Of a DNA stretch of 64,000 nucleotides, positions 63,297 to 64,000 are shown in pieces; positions within the stretch are counted from its first letter, which is position 1; each line of letters starts with the position of its first letter. The translations under genes were made by a program, and so were the position numbers. Source of the DNA: Gekko japonicus (Eukaryota); the NCBI RefSeq assembly GCF_001447785.1, contig NW_015171578.1, forward strand, positions 187,715 to 251,714, read 5' to 3'. Below the pieces are notes generated by a model. That model did no database searches, was not told the DNA's origin, and saw only the letters and a list, made by a program, of their open reading frames with translations.

Positions 63297-64000
63297 CTGG
63301 GGGTGCAAAAACAAAAGGGGCTCATGAGCAGCTGGACCCGGCTCACCGGAAAGCACGCCCCATCTTCTTCTTCTTCACCCTGGTGAAGTTCAAACCCAAG
63401 AACAGCAGCCAGCATGGCAAATTTATTTTGTTGACTTCATTTATACCCCACCTTCCTCCCCCCAATGGTGACCAGAGCAGCTGACTCTGCTCTTCTTTCC
63501 TCCATTTTATCTTCACAACAACCTTGTGAGGCATGCCAGGCTGAGGGCAGGTGAGTGGCCCAGGATCACCCAGCAAGATTCCAGGGATTTGCAGGAGGCC
63601 TCCGGTCCCCAGGCAGCCTGTGCTCCAAGGTCAGAGGGCACGACCTCTTGAGCAAGGAGGGTGTCAGACAGGACACTGATCGGGGAGAGCCAGCATGTGA
63701 CCTTATCCACTGTTCCCCCCACACAGGGCGTTTTCCCCCCCACGGGCCCTCTGGGTTTAGGGCATGGCTAGGGAGAAATGACGCAGAAGTGGCATTTGAA
63801 GAATAAAAGCTCTACTTCTGTGCCCCCCCTCCCCAATTCGGCCTTGCAATTCTGCTTTGACTGATTTCACCCCAGTACCGAAGTAGGTTCTGAATGAATT
63901 TGAATTTCTTCTTCAAGGGCTGGGAAGGTGGGGGCACAAGGAAGGAGAGGTGCAGAGAGAAAAGGCAGGCGTTGAAGCAATGCCTGTCTTGCTGTCCCAC

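Overview
Vertebrate genomic DNA, most likely a squamate and probably a gecko, judging by the abundant Squam3-like tRNA SINEs, CR1/L2 LINEs and hAT MITEs. It has three N gaps. Gene order: COG4 exon 1 (minus) shares a CpG-island bidirectional promoter with a complete SF3B3 gene (plus; 25 coding exons, 4345-51507, 3654 nt = 1217 aa). SF3B3 converges on the last two exons and ~4.1 kb 3'UTR of MTSS2 (minus). IL34, which lies between SF3B3 and MTSS2 in human, is absent. SF3B3 introns 3 and 6 host two SNORD111-family C/D snoRNAs. Most notable: (1) a heavily decayed, multi-exon prominin-like gene nested antisense in SF3B3 intron 11 (~16960-22190), recognisable by eye across nearly the whole protein; (2) a candidate 31-nt poison microexon in intron 8; (3) a full-length DIRS tyrosine-recombinase retrotransposon inserted into a Penelope-like remnant, carrying an internal copy of its own left integration junction and a captured L1 ORF1 fragment; (4) a non-autonomous L1-like element with an intact 206-aa ORF in an MTSS2 intron. 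All homology calls were made by eye from remembered sequences; no searches were run.
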